Positions 1 through 10,547 are shown, counted from the stretch's first letter. The stretch is 64,000 nt of DNA from an uncultured Acidobacteriota bacterium (GCA_963697745.1 CAVOPD010000009.1:20898-84897), one strand, 5' to 3'. Notes: generated from the letters alone by a model not told the origin. Numbers and translations: made by a program.

Positions 1-2229
1 GTGGCGGTCGCGGCGGCGGCGGACCGGGGTCCTGCGGGCCTCGATGGCGAGGAAGTGCATGACCGCCGAGACGACGAGGGGCACGGTGAAGATCGCCGCG
101 ACCGGCGGGATGGCCGCACCCGAGTCGTTGGTGAGGAAGCCGATGACGGCCATGATGATGACCGAGACGAGGCCTCGGTGCAGGAGCGGAGCCTCGAGCA
201 GCAGGCGTCGCAGCGGCTCGGTGCCGAGGATGCCGGGCCGGGCCACGATCGCCACGGCCACCACCATGAGCACGAGGACGAGGACGAGCAGCACCGGCAG
301 GTTGGCCGCGAGCGAGACGTTGGCCCACAGCTTGCGGCTCACGACGTCCCACGCCCCGCCGTCGAGGACGGTCTGGAGGAAGCGGCCGGGGTGCGATCGC
401 TCCGCCACGGGCCGGCGCCAGTCGAGGTAGCAGACGAGGCCCACGACGAGACCGGCCACGAGCGCGACGATCCCGAGGTTGCGCGCCGAGGTGCGCCAGC
501 CCATGACGCCCATGAGGAGGTACCCGAGCGCCGGCACGAGCGCGATCGGGCCGCCGAAGTCGGCGCCCCACGCCGGCAGGACGTCGACCGCGAGGGCGAC
601 GCCGCCGACGACGACCACGGCGACGACGGCCAGCCGGGGGGAGTCGCGACGCACCATCGCGTGGGCGAGCGCGGCGCACAGCAGCAGGACGGCGGCGGCG
701 TACACGGCGAAGGCGACGTTGCCCATGCCGTAGAAGCGACCACCCACGAGCGGTTGGAGGCCGAAGATCGACGAGATCTGCAGGTTCGAGCCCGTCAGCA
801 GGTCGATGCCGATGACCCCGGCGGTGATGGCCGACATCGCGGCGAGCGGCCCGAGGGCCGAGGTGCTCCACGGACCTCGCAGGCAGGCGAGGGTCAGCAC
901 GGCGCTGATGACGAGCACGAGTGCCAGGGCAGAGCGACGAGCACCGCCGTCGTCGTCGACGTGCGCCACCACGGCACGAGGTTCGCGAGGAAGGTCGCGG
1001 CCGGCATGGCCGACGACACGAGCCCGACGAGCCGGACCAGCCGCAGCACGCGCGCCCGCGTCATCCGCCGGTTCCACGGACTGGCGCGGCGCAGGACGAG
1101 CCAGAGGACGAACATCGCGATCACGGTGCCGCCCAGCCAGATGACGAGGAACGGCCCGACGATGCGGTGCATCGCGTCGGCCTTGGTGTCGATGTCGGTC
1201 AGGGCCGTCAGCTTGCTCGCGGCGGTCGACTCGCTGTTGTTGGCCGAGGGCACGACGCTGAGCGCGCGACCCCCGATCTCCGTCGTCGGCTCCACACCGC
1301 CGCGCTGGAGGATCGTCGCCGTGATGTCGGAGAGCTGGGCCACCCCGACGAGCCGCGTCGAGGCGGACGCGAGCAGTCCGGGGCCGTAGTGCGGCCCGCT
1401 CGCCGTCAGCAGCCGGAGCCGCTCCTGCTGGTCGCGGTCGGCGAGGCCGACGACGACGAGGTCGGCCCCGTTCGGCATCGCGTCGAGCACGAGGTCGATG
1501 CGACGTTCGATGCCGTTGATCTGCTCGAGATGACGCGTCGGGTCGGGGTCGGTCGCGTCGATGCCGCCGACGTCGACGATGCTCACCGGGCACTGCGCGA
1601 GGTCCGAGGTGAGGGTCGTGGCCTGGTAGGGCGCGTACTTCGCGACCCGGCCGTCAGACGTCGCCGCGGCCAGACCCGCCCCCGGGCCGATGGCCTGGAT
1701 GCACGTCTTGGCGGCCGTGAAGCTGTCGCCGAGCAGGCCGAGGTGGGCCCGGAACTCCGCCTCGCGCGACGCCGTGGCGCAGGGCGTCGAAGCCGACGAC
1801 GCGGTGGCCCGTCGTGTCGTCGCCCGCGACCGACGGCAGCGGCGCGCACACAGGACGGGCCTCGCTCGTGGCCGGGCCGGCCGCCTCGCCCGCCGAGACG
1901 GTCGCCCACCCGTCGGTGGGGCACGTCGTGAGCCGCAGGCTCTTGACCGACACGGACGCGGCCGCGCCGTCGCGCAGCAGACCCCACAGGATCGGAGTGT
2001 CCTCGGCCGACACGTCGTCCCACGAGAGTCCGCCGAGCCCCACGACGACGAGGGACTGACCGGGCTGGGGCTGGGTCGTCGGCGGCACGGGCACGGTGGT
2101 CCGCTTCGCGTACGCGAGGGTGAGGGCAGCCACCAGCACGAGCAGCAGGACGACGAGCGTCTTGACGGGATGGCGGCGGATCACGGGAGAAGAGTACAAA
2201 CCGCACCTGTTCGGAACCGCCGGGGTCAC
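1..2229 (-). pseudogene. Conserved membrane protein, partial at the left edge and frame-broken. It has an N-terminal signal-anchor, an extracytoplasmic domain and a C-terminal polytopic region. Function not recognised.
   Basis: ORF pieces 1654..2229(-) (anchor TLVVLLLVLVAALTLAYA, then SLVVVGLGGLSWDDV) and 894..1586(-) (ending in TM text IVGPFLVIWLGGTVIAMFVLWLVL) read as consecutive parts of one protein in different frames. My hand translation of 1..240(-) gives hydrophobic GLVSVIIMAVIGFLTNDSGAAIPPVAAIFTVPLVVSAVMHFLAIE with no stop before position 1. A possible true start is GTG at 2184. Confidence 0.5.
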
Positions 2230-2271
2230 GGGATGGAATGAGGCGGTTCGACACGGCCGCCGCGGCTACCC

Positions 2272-2838
2272 TTGCCGATCGTGGACGACTCGACGCTGAC
2301 GATCCTGGCCGTCGCGGCCGTCGTCGTGGCGCTGCTCGCACTCGCGCTCGCGGTCGGGGCCCAGCAGCGGCTCGCCCGCGTGCGGCGGGACTTCGCCGCC
2401 CTCGGTGACGACGGCGCCACCGACATCGCCCGCGTCGCCGCCACCCAGAACCACCGCATCGACCGGCTGACGGCCGAGGTGGGCCAGCTGCGCGACCACC
2501 TCGAGAGTGCCGAGGACGACGTTCGCCAGAGCCTGCGCAACGTCGCGGTGGTCCGGTACGACGCGTTCGGTGACATGGGTGGCCGGCTGTCGTTCTCCGC
2601 CGCCATCGTCGACGACCTCGGCGACGGCATCGTGCTCAGCTCGATCCACGCTCGCGGCGAGTCGCGGACGTACGCCAAGGGCATCGTCGGCGGTCGCTCG
2701 AGCATCACCCTGACCCCCGAGGAGCAGCAGGCGCTGGCCTCGGCCACCAAGGACGAGCCGGGCACGAGCCGCGCTGCCCGTTCCACCCGCGCAGCCCGCT
2801 CCACCCGCCAGCCCGACCGGACGAAGGACGCGTCGTGA
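2272..2838 (+). CDS. DUF4446 domain protein (membrane-anchored)
   Basis: Intact 188-aa ORF with an N-terminal TM helix (ILAVAAVVVALLALALAV). The core VVRYDAFGDMGGRLSFSAAIVDDLGDGIVLSSIHARGESRTYAKGI is one I recognise as DUF4446. Its stop overlaps the pheA start (GTGA at 2835-2838). Confidence 0.75.
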   Translation: MPIVDDSTLTILAVAAVVVALLALALAVGAQQRLARVRRDFAALGDDGATDIARVAATQNHRIDRLTAEVGQLRDHLESAEDDVRQSLRNVAVVRYDAFGDMGGRLSFSAAIVDDLGDGIVLSSIHARGESRTYAKGIVGGRSSITLTPEEQQALASATKDEPGTSRAARSTRAARSTRQPDRTKDAS

Positions 2839-3783
2839 CACCGCCCCGCACCCCCGACCAGCTGCACCGCTTCGGCTACCTCGGACCGCGCGGCACGTTC
2901 ACGCAGATGGCTCTCGACGCGTGGGACGCCGCCGAGGGTCGGGAGCACCTCCCGTTCGGCTCGGTCGACGCGGCGCTCGCCGCGCTGCGGGCCGGTGACA
3001 TCGACGCCGCCATGGTGCCGATCGAGAACTCGGTCGAGGGCGGCGTGTCGGCGACCCTCGACTCCCTCGCCACCGGTGAGCCGCTCGTCGTCCTCGGCGA
3101 GGTGCTGGTGCCGATCACCTTCGTGCTCTGCGCGCCGGCCCGGGGTGACGCTCGACGACGTGCGCACCGTCGGCACCCACTCGCACGCGTGGGCGCAGGT
3201 ACGCGGGTGGATGAGCGAGCACCTGCCGCAGGCGGAGTACGTGCCGACGCTCTCGACGGCCGCGAGCGCGGCCGCTCTCGGCCAGCCGGGCGAGGTCATG
3301 TTCGACGCCGGCGTGTGCGCGCCCGTCGCGGCCCGGAACGAGGGCCTCGAGGTCCTGGCCGACGGCATCGGCGACAACGCGTCGGCCGTCACCCGCTTCG
3401 TGCTCGTGTCGCGGCCCGGCACGCTGCCCGAGCCGACGGGGGCCGACAAGACGACCGTCGTGCTGTTCCAGAAGGACGACCACGCCGGTGGCCTGCTCGA
3501 GCTGCTCGAGCAGTTCGCCGTGCGCGGCGTCAACATGACGCGGCTCGAGTCGCGCCCGACCGGTGCGGCGATGGGCTCGTACTGCTTCTCCATCGACTTC
3601 GAGGGCCACGTGCTCGACGCGCGGGTCGGCGAGACGCTGATGGGACTGCGCCGAGTCTGCGCCGAGGTGCGCTTCCTCGGCTCCTACCCGCGCGCGGACG
3701 GCGCGCGCGCCGAGGCGCGGCCCGGCACGACGGACACCGACTTCGACCGCGCGAGAGTCTGGCTGGACGAGCTGCGGGCCTGA
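2835..3783 (+). pseudogene. pheA: Prephenate dehydratase with one frame change near 3130-3140
   Basis: The PDT domain text FGYLGPRGTFTQMA...AMVPIENSVEGGV lies in the 2835 frame. It continues in the 2995..3783 frame (RPGVTLDDVRTVGTHSHAWAQ), followed by the ACT domain GLLELLEQFAVRGVNMTRLESRPT...YCFSIDFEGH. One extra base in the run gcgccggcccgggg would explain the shift. Confidence 0.85.
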
Positions 3784-3846
3784 GCCCTCGGCTACCCCTG
3801 TCGCCGCGGACTCCTGCGGGCATCACGCATCCGCACCGAGCGGTCG

Positions 3847-4650
3847 TCAGCCGATCGTCGCGCCCATCTTGAGCAGGAAGAGTGTCTCGTCGCCGACGAC
3901 GCCGTCGTCACCGACGCGGTTGGCCTGCTGGAAGCGCTGGACGACCCGCTTGGTCTCGGCTCCGAAGACGCCGTCGACGGCGATCGTGCCGCCGGCGGCC
4001 CGCAGCGCCCGCTGGAGGGTCGCGACGCTGGGGCCCTTCGCGCCCGTCGCGAGCGTCTCGCTGCCGAGCGACCGGGAGATGAGCAGCACCCAGACGCCGG
4101 CGTCGACCCGGCCCGGCTTCGGTGCGGGGCCCTCGTAGGTGGCCTCGACCCGCTTCATGGCGGCGCGGGTCTGGGGACCGTAGACCCCGTCCACCGCGAC
4201 AGGGCCGTAGTCGGCGTCGTCGAGGAAGCACTGGAGCGCGCGGACCGCGGGGCCCGTCGCGCCGGGCTGGAGCACGGGGTACGCCGTCAGCGTGCGCTCG
4301 CACGCGCCTGCCACGGAGCCCGCGTCCGTCGTCGACGTCGCCGTGGGCGTGGGGGCCGTCGCGGTGGTGCTCGTGACCGACGGCGTCGATGATGCCGTCG
4401 GTGTCGGCCGGGTCGGCGTCAGCGGGTCGGCCGTGGCGGTCGGCACGGGACCGGGGGAGGTCGGATCCGGCCCGGCGACGGCGGTCGACCCGCTCGCGGT
4501 CGGCGACCCGGCGGTCGGCGCGGCGGTCGGGTTGGCCGTCGGCGATGCCGAGCTGCAGCCCGCGAGCGTCACCGCGAGTCCCAGCGCCAGCACGAACCCG
4601 TGCACGCGTCGTGTGCCCGAGCTGCCGCCCGAGCATGCCAGCCGTCCCAT
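3847..4650 (-). CDS. Secreted lipoprotein with a Pro/Thr-rich linker and two peptidoglycan-binding-like repeats
   Basis: An internal ATG at 4650 gives MGRLACSGGSSGTRRVHGFVLALGLAVTLAGCSS, a signal peptide with a lipobox Cys. A PT-rich linker follows. Two repeats then match the PG_binding_1 pattern: GATGPAVRALQCFL...VDGVYGPQTRAAMKRV and GAKGPSVATLQRALRAAG...VDGVFGAETKRVVQRFQ. Confidence 0.7.
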   Translation of the reverse strand: MGRLACSGGSSGTRRVHGFVLALGLAVTLAGCSSASPTANPTAAPTAGSPTASGSTAVAGPDPTSPGPVPTATADPLTPTRPTPTASSTPSVTSTTATAPTPTATSTTDAGSVAGACERTLTAYPVLQPGATGPAVRALQCFLDDADYGPVAVDGVYGPQTRAAMKRVEATYEGPAPKPGRVDAGVWVLLISRSLGSETLATGAKGPSVATLQRALRAAGGTIAVDGVFGAETKRVVQRFQQANRVGDDGVVGDETLFLLKMGATIG

Positions 4651-4750
4651 CGAACTCCCTGTCCTCCTGCGTGTGCGCCCCCGAGCGGACGTTGGAGCAG
4701 TATGCGCCGAGCGACCGACCGAAGCGAGCGACGCGGCCGGGGCCGGTCCG

Positions 4751-4788
4751 GGCCGGTCCGGACAGGTCCGGACAGGGGAGGGGGCGCC
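4751..4788. repeat. Degenerating 10-nt tandem repeat in the divergent intergenic region
   Basis: Read directly from the sequence: GGCCGGTCCG GGCCGGTCCG GACAGGTCCG GACAGGGG. Confidence 0.5.
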
Positions 4789-4936
4789 GGTGCTGCCAGC
4801 CCGGCGCCCCACGGATCCGGGCTGCCCCCGCCTCCCAGAATCCCCTGTCGGTCACCGAGCCGGCTGCCCCTCCGCAGCCCCCCACGAGCAGCCCGGTGAC
4901 CGTTCCCCCTGCACGCCAGAGTCGCCATCACGCGGT

Positions 4937-4982
4937 CTGATACATCCCGCCGCGAAAAAGTTCGATCGGGACGATGTATCAG
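4937..4982. promoter_or_regulatory. Perfect 10-bp inverted repeat (CTGATACATC-N26-GATGTATCAG) about 70 nt upstream of the S8 peptidase start
   Basis: Left arm at 4937-4946, right arm at 4973-4982. The arms are AT-rich in an otherwise very GC-rich region. Immediately downstream is GGAAA (4982-4986)-N17-GTC (5004-5006), which resembles an ECF-type -35/-10 pair. Any function is an inference only. Confidence 0.3.
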
Positions 4983-5051
4983 GAAAGCGAGTACGGACAC
5001 TCAGTCGGTGACAGGGTCTTTCCCAGACCACACGCTTCCAGGAGGTAGTCG

Positions 5052-6677
5052 ATGTCTGAGTCGGGTCCCGACGCCCCCCGGGGTGCGAACGGCGAGGGAG
5101 CAGCAGGCGGCTCGCGCCGCCCCGAGCGCCCGCCGGTCCGCGCCCTCGACCCGGCCACGGCGATGCGCCTGACCGACGGTCGTCCGCCGCTGCCCGCGCT
5201 CTACCTCTCCGACCGGCTGCTCGTGCGCAGCGCCTCCGGCGGCGGGAGGACCCGCGGCATCGACGACCTGCGCGCGGCGCTCGGACGGCTCGACCTCGAC
5301 TTCGACGTGACCCCACGCGCCGACGGCAGCCCGCGCGACCTCGACGAGCCCTCGTGGGGCACGAGCATCACGCTGCGCCCGACCCGGTCGCCCATCGACC
5401 CCGTCGATGCCTGGAGCGTGCTCCAGCGCCTGCGCGGGTCGGGCGACCCGGTCGCTGAGCTGCTGAGCCTCGAGCACGTCCTCCGCCCGGCGGACGGGTA
5501 CTGGGGCGGCATCGGCTACTGGGCGGGGTCGGCTACTGGGGCGGTGTCGGCGGTTACTGGGGCGGCGTGGGCGGCTACTGGGGCGGCGTCGCGAGCTCGG
5601 CGCTGCAGGAGTACGCCGTGCCCGGGCGCGGCGGCCGGATGCCGGTCGCCCTCACCCTGCCCGACCCGGCGCTGCGGGCCCGTCCGCTCGACCGCACCCC
5701 CGTCGTCGTCGTGCCCGACACGGCCGTCGCGGCCCACCCGTGGTTCACGGACGGGTCGAGACTCGTGCGCCTCGAGCTCAAGGACGGGCACCTCGTGCCG
5801 GTCCGGCCCACTCCGCCCGCCCCGCCCCCGGCCACCTCGGGGGGCGCCCCCTCGGGCACCGCGGCCCCCTCGAGCGAGTCCCTCACCTCGACGCCTCCGC
5901 CGAGCGAGCCGGTCGGCCTGCTCCAGGGGCACGCGACCTTCATCGCCGGTCTCGTGCGACAGGGATGCCCCGAGGCGACGATCGTGTCGATCCCGGTCAT
6001 GGGCGACGACGGCGTCGTCGACGAGAGCGTCATGCTCGACGTGCTCCAGGCGCTGCTCGACCGGCACGTGCACGGCCAGCAGAGCGGGCCCGAGTCGGAC
6101 GTCGTCGACGTGCTCTCGCTGTCGCTCGGCTACTACGCCGAGGACCGCACCTACACCTCCGGTCCGGTGGCCGACCTGCTCGACCGGTTCGCCGAGCACG
6201 GCGTCCTCGTCGTCGCCGGAGTCGGCAACGACGGCACGACCGCGCCGTTCGTGCCGGCTGCGCTCGCGGCCGACCCGCCCAAGCGGGTCACCGCGAAGTC
6301 GGTGCCACCGCTCGCGAGCGTCGGCGCCACCAACCCCGACGGGGTCACCGTCGCGCTCTTCTCGACAACCTGCCCGTCGTCAGCGCGGTCCGCGCCGGTG
6401 TCTCGGTGGTCGAGCACGCTCCCGCTGACCAACGGGATGGGCCAGCCGTCGTCGCAGGTGACCACGGACGGCACCGTGCGCTGCACCGTCGACCCCGACG
6501 ACTACACCGGTGGCTTCGGCGTGTGGAGCGGCACGTCGTTCTCCGCCCCGGTCTTCGCGGCAGAGCTCGCGGCCGCCCTCATCGAGCAGGGTGACCTCAC
6601 CGACGTCTCGTCGTCCCGCCATGCGCAAGCGCGCCATCCGCGCCTTGCGCACCTGCATCGGAAAGGTGAAGTCATGA
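5052..6677 (+). pseudogene. Subtilisin-like S8 serine peptidase with an N-terminal domain and a GYWGG repeat linker; at least 3 frame changes
   Basis: ATG at 5052 follows GGAGG. Catalytic-type motifs are present: VVVVPDTAV (Asp), GHATFIAGLV (His), GVGNDG (oxyanion Asn) and GTSFSAPVFAAELA (Ser). The pieces lie in ORFs 5052.., 5567.. and 5740.., with shifts near 5524, 6365 and 6412. The 3' end is uncertain; one frame ends TGA at 6675-6677, overlapping the sigma ATG. Confidence 0.8.
5496..5587 (+). repeat. In-gene tandem repeat encoding about five GYWGG units
   Basis: GG(G/C/T)TACTGGGGCGG recurs at about 5496, 5514, 5531, 5552 and 5573. The second copy has GGG where the others have GGGG, which is where the frame breaks. 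Confidence 0.8.
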
Positions 6678-7253
6678 CTCCGACCCCCACGGCCCCCGAC
6701 GGCCTCGGCACTCTCGCGGGCAAGGCGTTCGCCGCGTATCGCGCGGGCGAGCGCGAGCGTCTCTCGGAGCTCGTCGACCTCGTCACCCCCGTGCTGTGGA
6801 ACGCCGCGCGCTCGCAGGGCGGGTCGCCGGCCACGTGCGAGGACGCCATCCAGACGGCCTTGCCTCCAGCTCGACCGCGCCGAGTCGATCAACGAGCCGG
6901 CGGCGGTGCTCGGGTGGCTCGTCGTCGTCGTCAAGCGCGAGGTGTGGCGCCTGGGGCGCGGCTCGCGCCGCGAGATCGGCGTCGACGAGGTGCCCGAGGC
7001 CCCGACGCAGCAGCTCGACCCCGAGGCGCAGTCGATCCTCACGGAGCGCCAACGCGTGCTGTGGACGCACGTGTCGACCCTTTCGCCGCGGTGCCAGGAG
7101 CTGCTCCGGGTCATCGCGTTCGCCGACCGGCCCGACTACGCGGCCATCGCGCAGTCGTTGGGGATGCCGGTCGGCAGCATCGGCCCGACCCGTGGCCGGT
7201 GCCTGCAGAAGCTGAGGACGACCCTCGGCTCCGACCCCGGATGGGCGGTCTGA
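6674..7253 (+). pseudogene. ECF-type sigma-70 family factor with one frame change near 6850
   Basis: ATG at 6674 follows GAAAGG. Region-2-like text is LVDLVTPVLWNAARSQGGSPATCEDAIQTA. After the shift comes LGWLVVVVKREVWRLGRG. Region 4 is LSPRCQELLRVIAFADRPDYAAIAQSLGMPVGSIGPTRGRCLQKLR. Confidence 0.75.
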
Positions 7254-7254
7254 C

Positions 7255-7729
7255 ATGACATCGCACACCGACGCCATCGATGCCCGCGACATCGCCAACC
7301 TGCGACCAGATCCGTGACCTGTTCGCCCATGCGGACCCGGTCCCGGCGACCTGGCCGAGCGGATCAAGTTCGAGATCAGGTCCGTGCGCTGCAGGCCGAG
7401 GTCGCCGAGGGCATGGACTTCGCCCTGCCGACGACGCGCGGCGCGGACGTCGAGTCGAGCCGACGCCGACCGACTCGGTGACCTTCACGGCCGCCTCGGT
7501 CAGCCTCATGGTGTCGGCCGGACCGAGCGACTCCGACGACGCCGACGACCGCGTTCGGGTCGACGGCTGGGTCACGACGCCGGGCGCCCAGATCGAGGCC
7601 GTGACGTCCGAGGGCGAGCTCGACCATCATTTCGGATGCGATGGACGCTTCGTTCTGGAGGATGATCTACCCCACGGGCCGGTGCACTTCGTCGTGACCG
7701 ACCCGACGACAACGACGTGCGACCGGTGA
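7255..7729 (+). pseudogene. Small protein downstream of the sigma factor; candidate anti-sigma or partner protein, frame-broken
   Basis: ATG at 7255 lies 1 nt after the sigma stop. The N-terminal text MTSHTDAIDARDIANL is broken by shifts. The C-terminal 100 aa are coherent: DSVTFTAASVSLMVSAGPSD...VDGWVTTPGAQIEAVTSEGELDHHFGCDGRFVLEDDLPHGPVHFVV. No family recognised; the role is inferred from position only. Confidence 0.4.
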
Positions 7730-7789
7730 TCACCCGACGATCCAGATCTGAACCGGATCAGGACCGGCGCCTGACGAGAGGCCGGCGGG

Positions 7790-10394
7790 AACCATCGATC
7801 TGCTCGAGCGCCCGACGACCTGCGCGAGCAGGGTGCGGACCGACAACGTGGCCGGACGGCCGTCGAGGCGGCGCGCTCGCTGACGGCCGCCCTCGATGAG
7901 ATCGGCGCGTCGCGGGCGAGGCGCCATCCCGGGAAGCGGCTCGAGCGCTCTGAAGACGCTCATCACGCTGGCGCTCACCGAGTTCATGCTTCGGTTCGAG
8001 GCGGCGACCGATCGCCTCGGGGAGGCGGAGGAGCCGTCGACGCGCTCGGTGACGATGCCCTCCCGGCTCGCGTCGACTACCAGCGGGCCAACGTCCACGG
8101 CCGGGTCGGCGACCTCGCGTCGGCCTGGGACGGGCTCGACGGCGCGGTGCGGCCGGCTCGACGCGTTCACCGAGCACGAGCAGTGCTCGGTCCACCTGAG
8201 CCCGGGGCATGCTCGCGTTCGCGCGCTCGCCGCACGAGGCGCTCGAGTCGTTCGCGGAGGCGGCGCCGTCTCGCGCACGACCTCGGTGCGGGTCGAGCAG
8301 GAGTTCATGGCTCGCACGACGAGGGTATGCCGCCCTACCTCCTGCGTGAGACCCCCGCGTCGCTCGCCGGCATGTCCATCGCAGAGGAGCCGACGCCGAT
8401 GTCTTCCGGGCGCCGGGCGGCTCGACCGGTGCCCGGTCATGCTCGAGGCGGGCCTCGTCAAGGAGGCCGTCGAGGCGCCTGCACGTCGGCCTCGCCGACC
8501 TACCGGCGAGGGCACGACCAGGTGCGCGCGGAGTTCGAGCTCGAGCTCGCGCGGGCCCACCGGCTGCTCGGTCACCTCGATCTCGCGTCCGAGGCGGCGA
8601 CGTCGGCCCGGGAGATGTACGGCGTTCGGCGCGACCGCCTGGGCGGCCAGGCCATGCTCGTCGGACTGCTCATCGACCTCGACCGGCAGCGGCGCCCACG
8701 ACGTGAGCGGAGCGGGACGATCGCCGACGCGACCGGTGGCGCTCGCCGCCGCGGGCACGGCTGACGCGCTCACCGAGACGGCGACCGAGCTCGGCGACCG
8801 AGTTCGCCGACAGCGCGGGGCGGTCGCGGCCCAGGCCCTCCTGTTCGCCGGGATCGTCGCCGGCGCGAACACCCGCCTGCTCAGCCTCGAACGGGTTCGA
8901 CCACGTCGCTGTCCGACGAGCTCGATGCCGCCACCGTGACGGCCATGACGCTGTCGCCACCGGGACCCCGCGCCGGCCCGACGCATCCTCGTGCGCGCCT
9001 GCGCGTCGGCTCGGCGGCGGGCAGGAGGGCAGTGCGAGCCTCGACCTGCGTACGGCTCGTGCGCTGCACGGCGCCCGGCTCTCCGAGCTGGACCTCGAGC
9101 TCGCCGTGCCGCGCGGCAGCGGGGCGGTCCTCGAGGCGCTCGAGCGGTGGCGCAGCGCGACCGACCGGCTCCCGTCGCTCGGCCGCCCCGACGACGAGCA
9201 GCTCGCCGTGCTCACCGAGCAGCTCCGGGCCGTCCGCGGTCACGTCCGTGCGAGTCCGACCCGGCCCAGGCGCGCGAGCTGCACGACCACGCCTCGCGTC
9301 TCGAGCGGCAGATCCGTGACCGCGACTGGGCGCTGAGCCGCAGCGGCGGCGCGTCCCGCACCGTGCCTGTCCGGTCCGGGAGGCCCGGGAGCCAGCTGAC
9401 CTCGGCCGACCGCGACCTCGTGTGGTTCTTCCGTGCATCGCGGTCGCCTCGGTGCCGTCGGCATCATCGGCGGCCGCGCCGCGGTGCGTGACCTCATGCC
9501 CGTCGACCGTGCCGTCGAGCTCGCGCAGCGCATCCGGGTCGACCTCCGGGCGGCCGCCACCCACCACCTCGGCCCCCTCGGCGCCGCCGTCTGGTCGTCG
9601 CTGCGCGCGAGCGTGGCGGAGCTCGACGACGCCCTGATGCGGCCGTGGCGCTCGCAGCGGGGTCTCGTCGTCGTGACGTGCCCCGAGCTGTCCGCCCTCC
9701 CGTGGGCGCTGCTGCCCTCGATGGTCGGGCGGCCCTTCACGGTCGCGCTCTCGTTGACGTCCTTCGCGCCGACGGGGTGTCCCGGACCGCTCCGCCGGTG
9801 GTGGCTCGCCGGTCGGAGTTCGGCGGTCTTCGCCGCGGTCGAACGGCTCGGCGTTCGACCGGCGTGCACGTCGACGTCGGGCCCGCGTGCCGCGTGCCTC
9901 GGCCGAGGGCGGTCGATCGTCGGCACGTGGGGGCCGGAGCCCGCTCGCCGAGCCGTCGCGCCGCGCCGACCTCGTCGGCGCGCTGACCCGACCCCGGCAT
10001 CGTGCACGTCGCGGCGCACGGCACGCACCAGGTCGAGTCGCCGTTGTTCTCCTCGTGCACCTGCACGACGGGCCCGTCTTCGCCCACGAGCTGCAGCCGA
10101 CGGGCGTGCGCGCCGACCACGTCGTGCTCTCGGCCTGCGAGGTCGGGCTCGCCTCGGCCCGTCCCGGCCACGAGTCGCTGGGGCTCGCGCTGTCGCTGCT
10201 CTCGCTCGGCGCGCGCTCCGTCGTCGCCGCGGTCGCGCCCGTGCCCGACGACGTCGCGGCCTCGACGATGACGCGCCACCACGAGCTGCTCGCCTCCGGC
10301 CTGCCGAGCGACGAGGCCCTCGCCCGAGCCGTCGCCGAGACCGACGACCTCGGCGGCCGCCTTCCTCAACCTCGGCGGCCAGCACCGCCCCTGA
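7790..10394 (+). pseudogene. CHAT-domain (caspase-like) protein with an N-terminal helical-repeat region; many frame changes; 5' limit unresolved and it could be two genes
   Basis: The region 9433..10394 contains LVVVTCPELSALPWALLPSMVGRPFTVALS, the His motif HVAAHG, the Cys motif VVLSACEVG, ESLGLALSLLSLGARSVVAAV, and a C-terminal AAFLNLGG followed by TGA at 10392-10394. These are spread over three frames. Upstream + strand text is helical and repeat-like: AEFELELARAHRLLGHLDLASEAATSAREMYG, LSELDLELAVPRGSGAVLEALERWRSATDRL, ARELHDHASRLERQIRDRDW. Confidence 0.65.
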
Positions 10395-10547
10395 CGGCCC
10401 ACCTCGGTGCGCACTCGATCGGGCTCCGCTCAGGAGAACGGTCGAGTGCGGAGTCCGGCGCCGACCCACGGGGCCCGGATCTTGCTACGGTTCGGGCGCA
10501 GATCGAGTGCGCAGTTCGGCGCGTACCCACCGGGCACCCGAGGCTGC

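Noticed and set aside
1-1389. A 462-aa + strand ORF at the left edge. Similar long alternative-frame or antisense ORFs occur in the GC-rich part (2226..3593-, 7730..8986-, 9240..10469-, 11937..12881-).
   Set aside because: Their translations are Arg/Pro/Gly/Asp-rich low-complexity text with no recognisable domains, as expected for stop-poor off-frames in DNA above 70 percent GC. Recognisable proteins occupy the other strand or frame at the same coordinates.
5496-5587. Regularly spaced short repeats that could suggest a CRISPR-like or other non-coding array.
   Set aside because: The units are directly adjacent with no spacers, have a period of about 18-21 nt, and translate to GYWGG inside the S8 peptidase gene.
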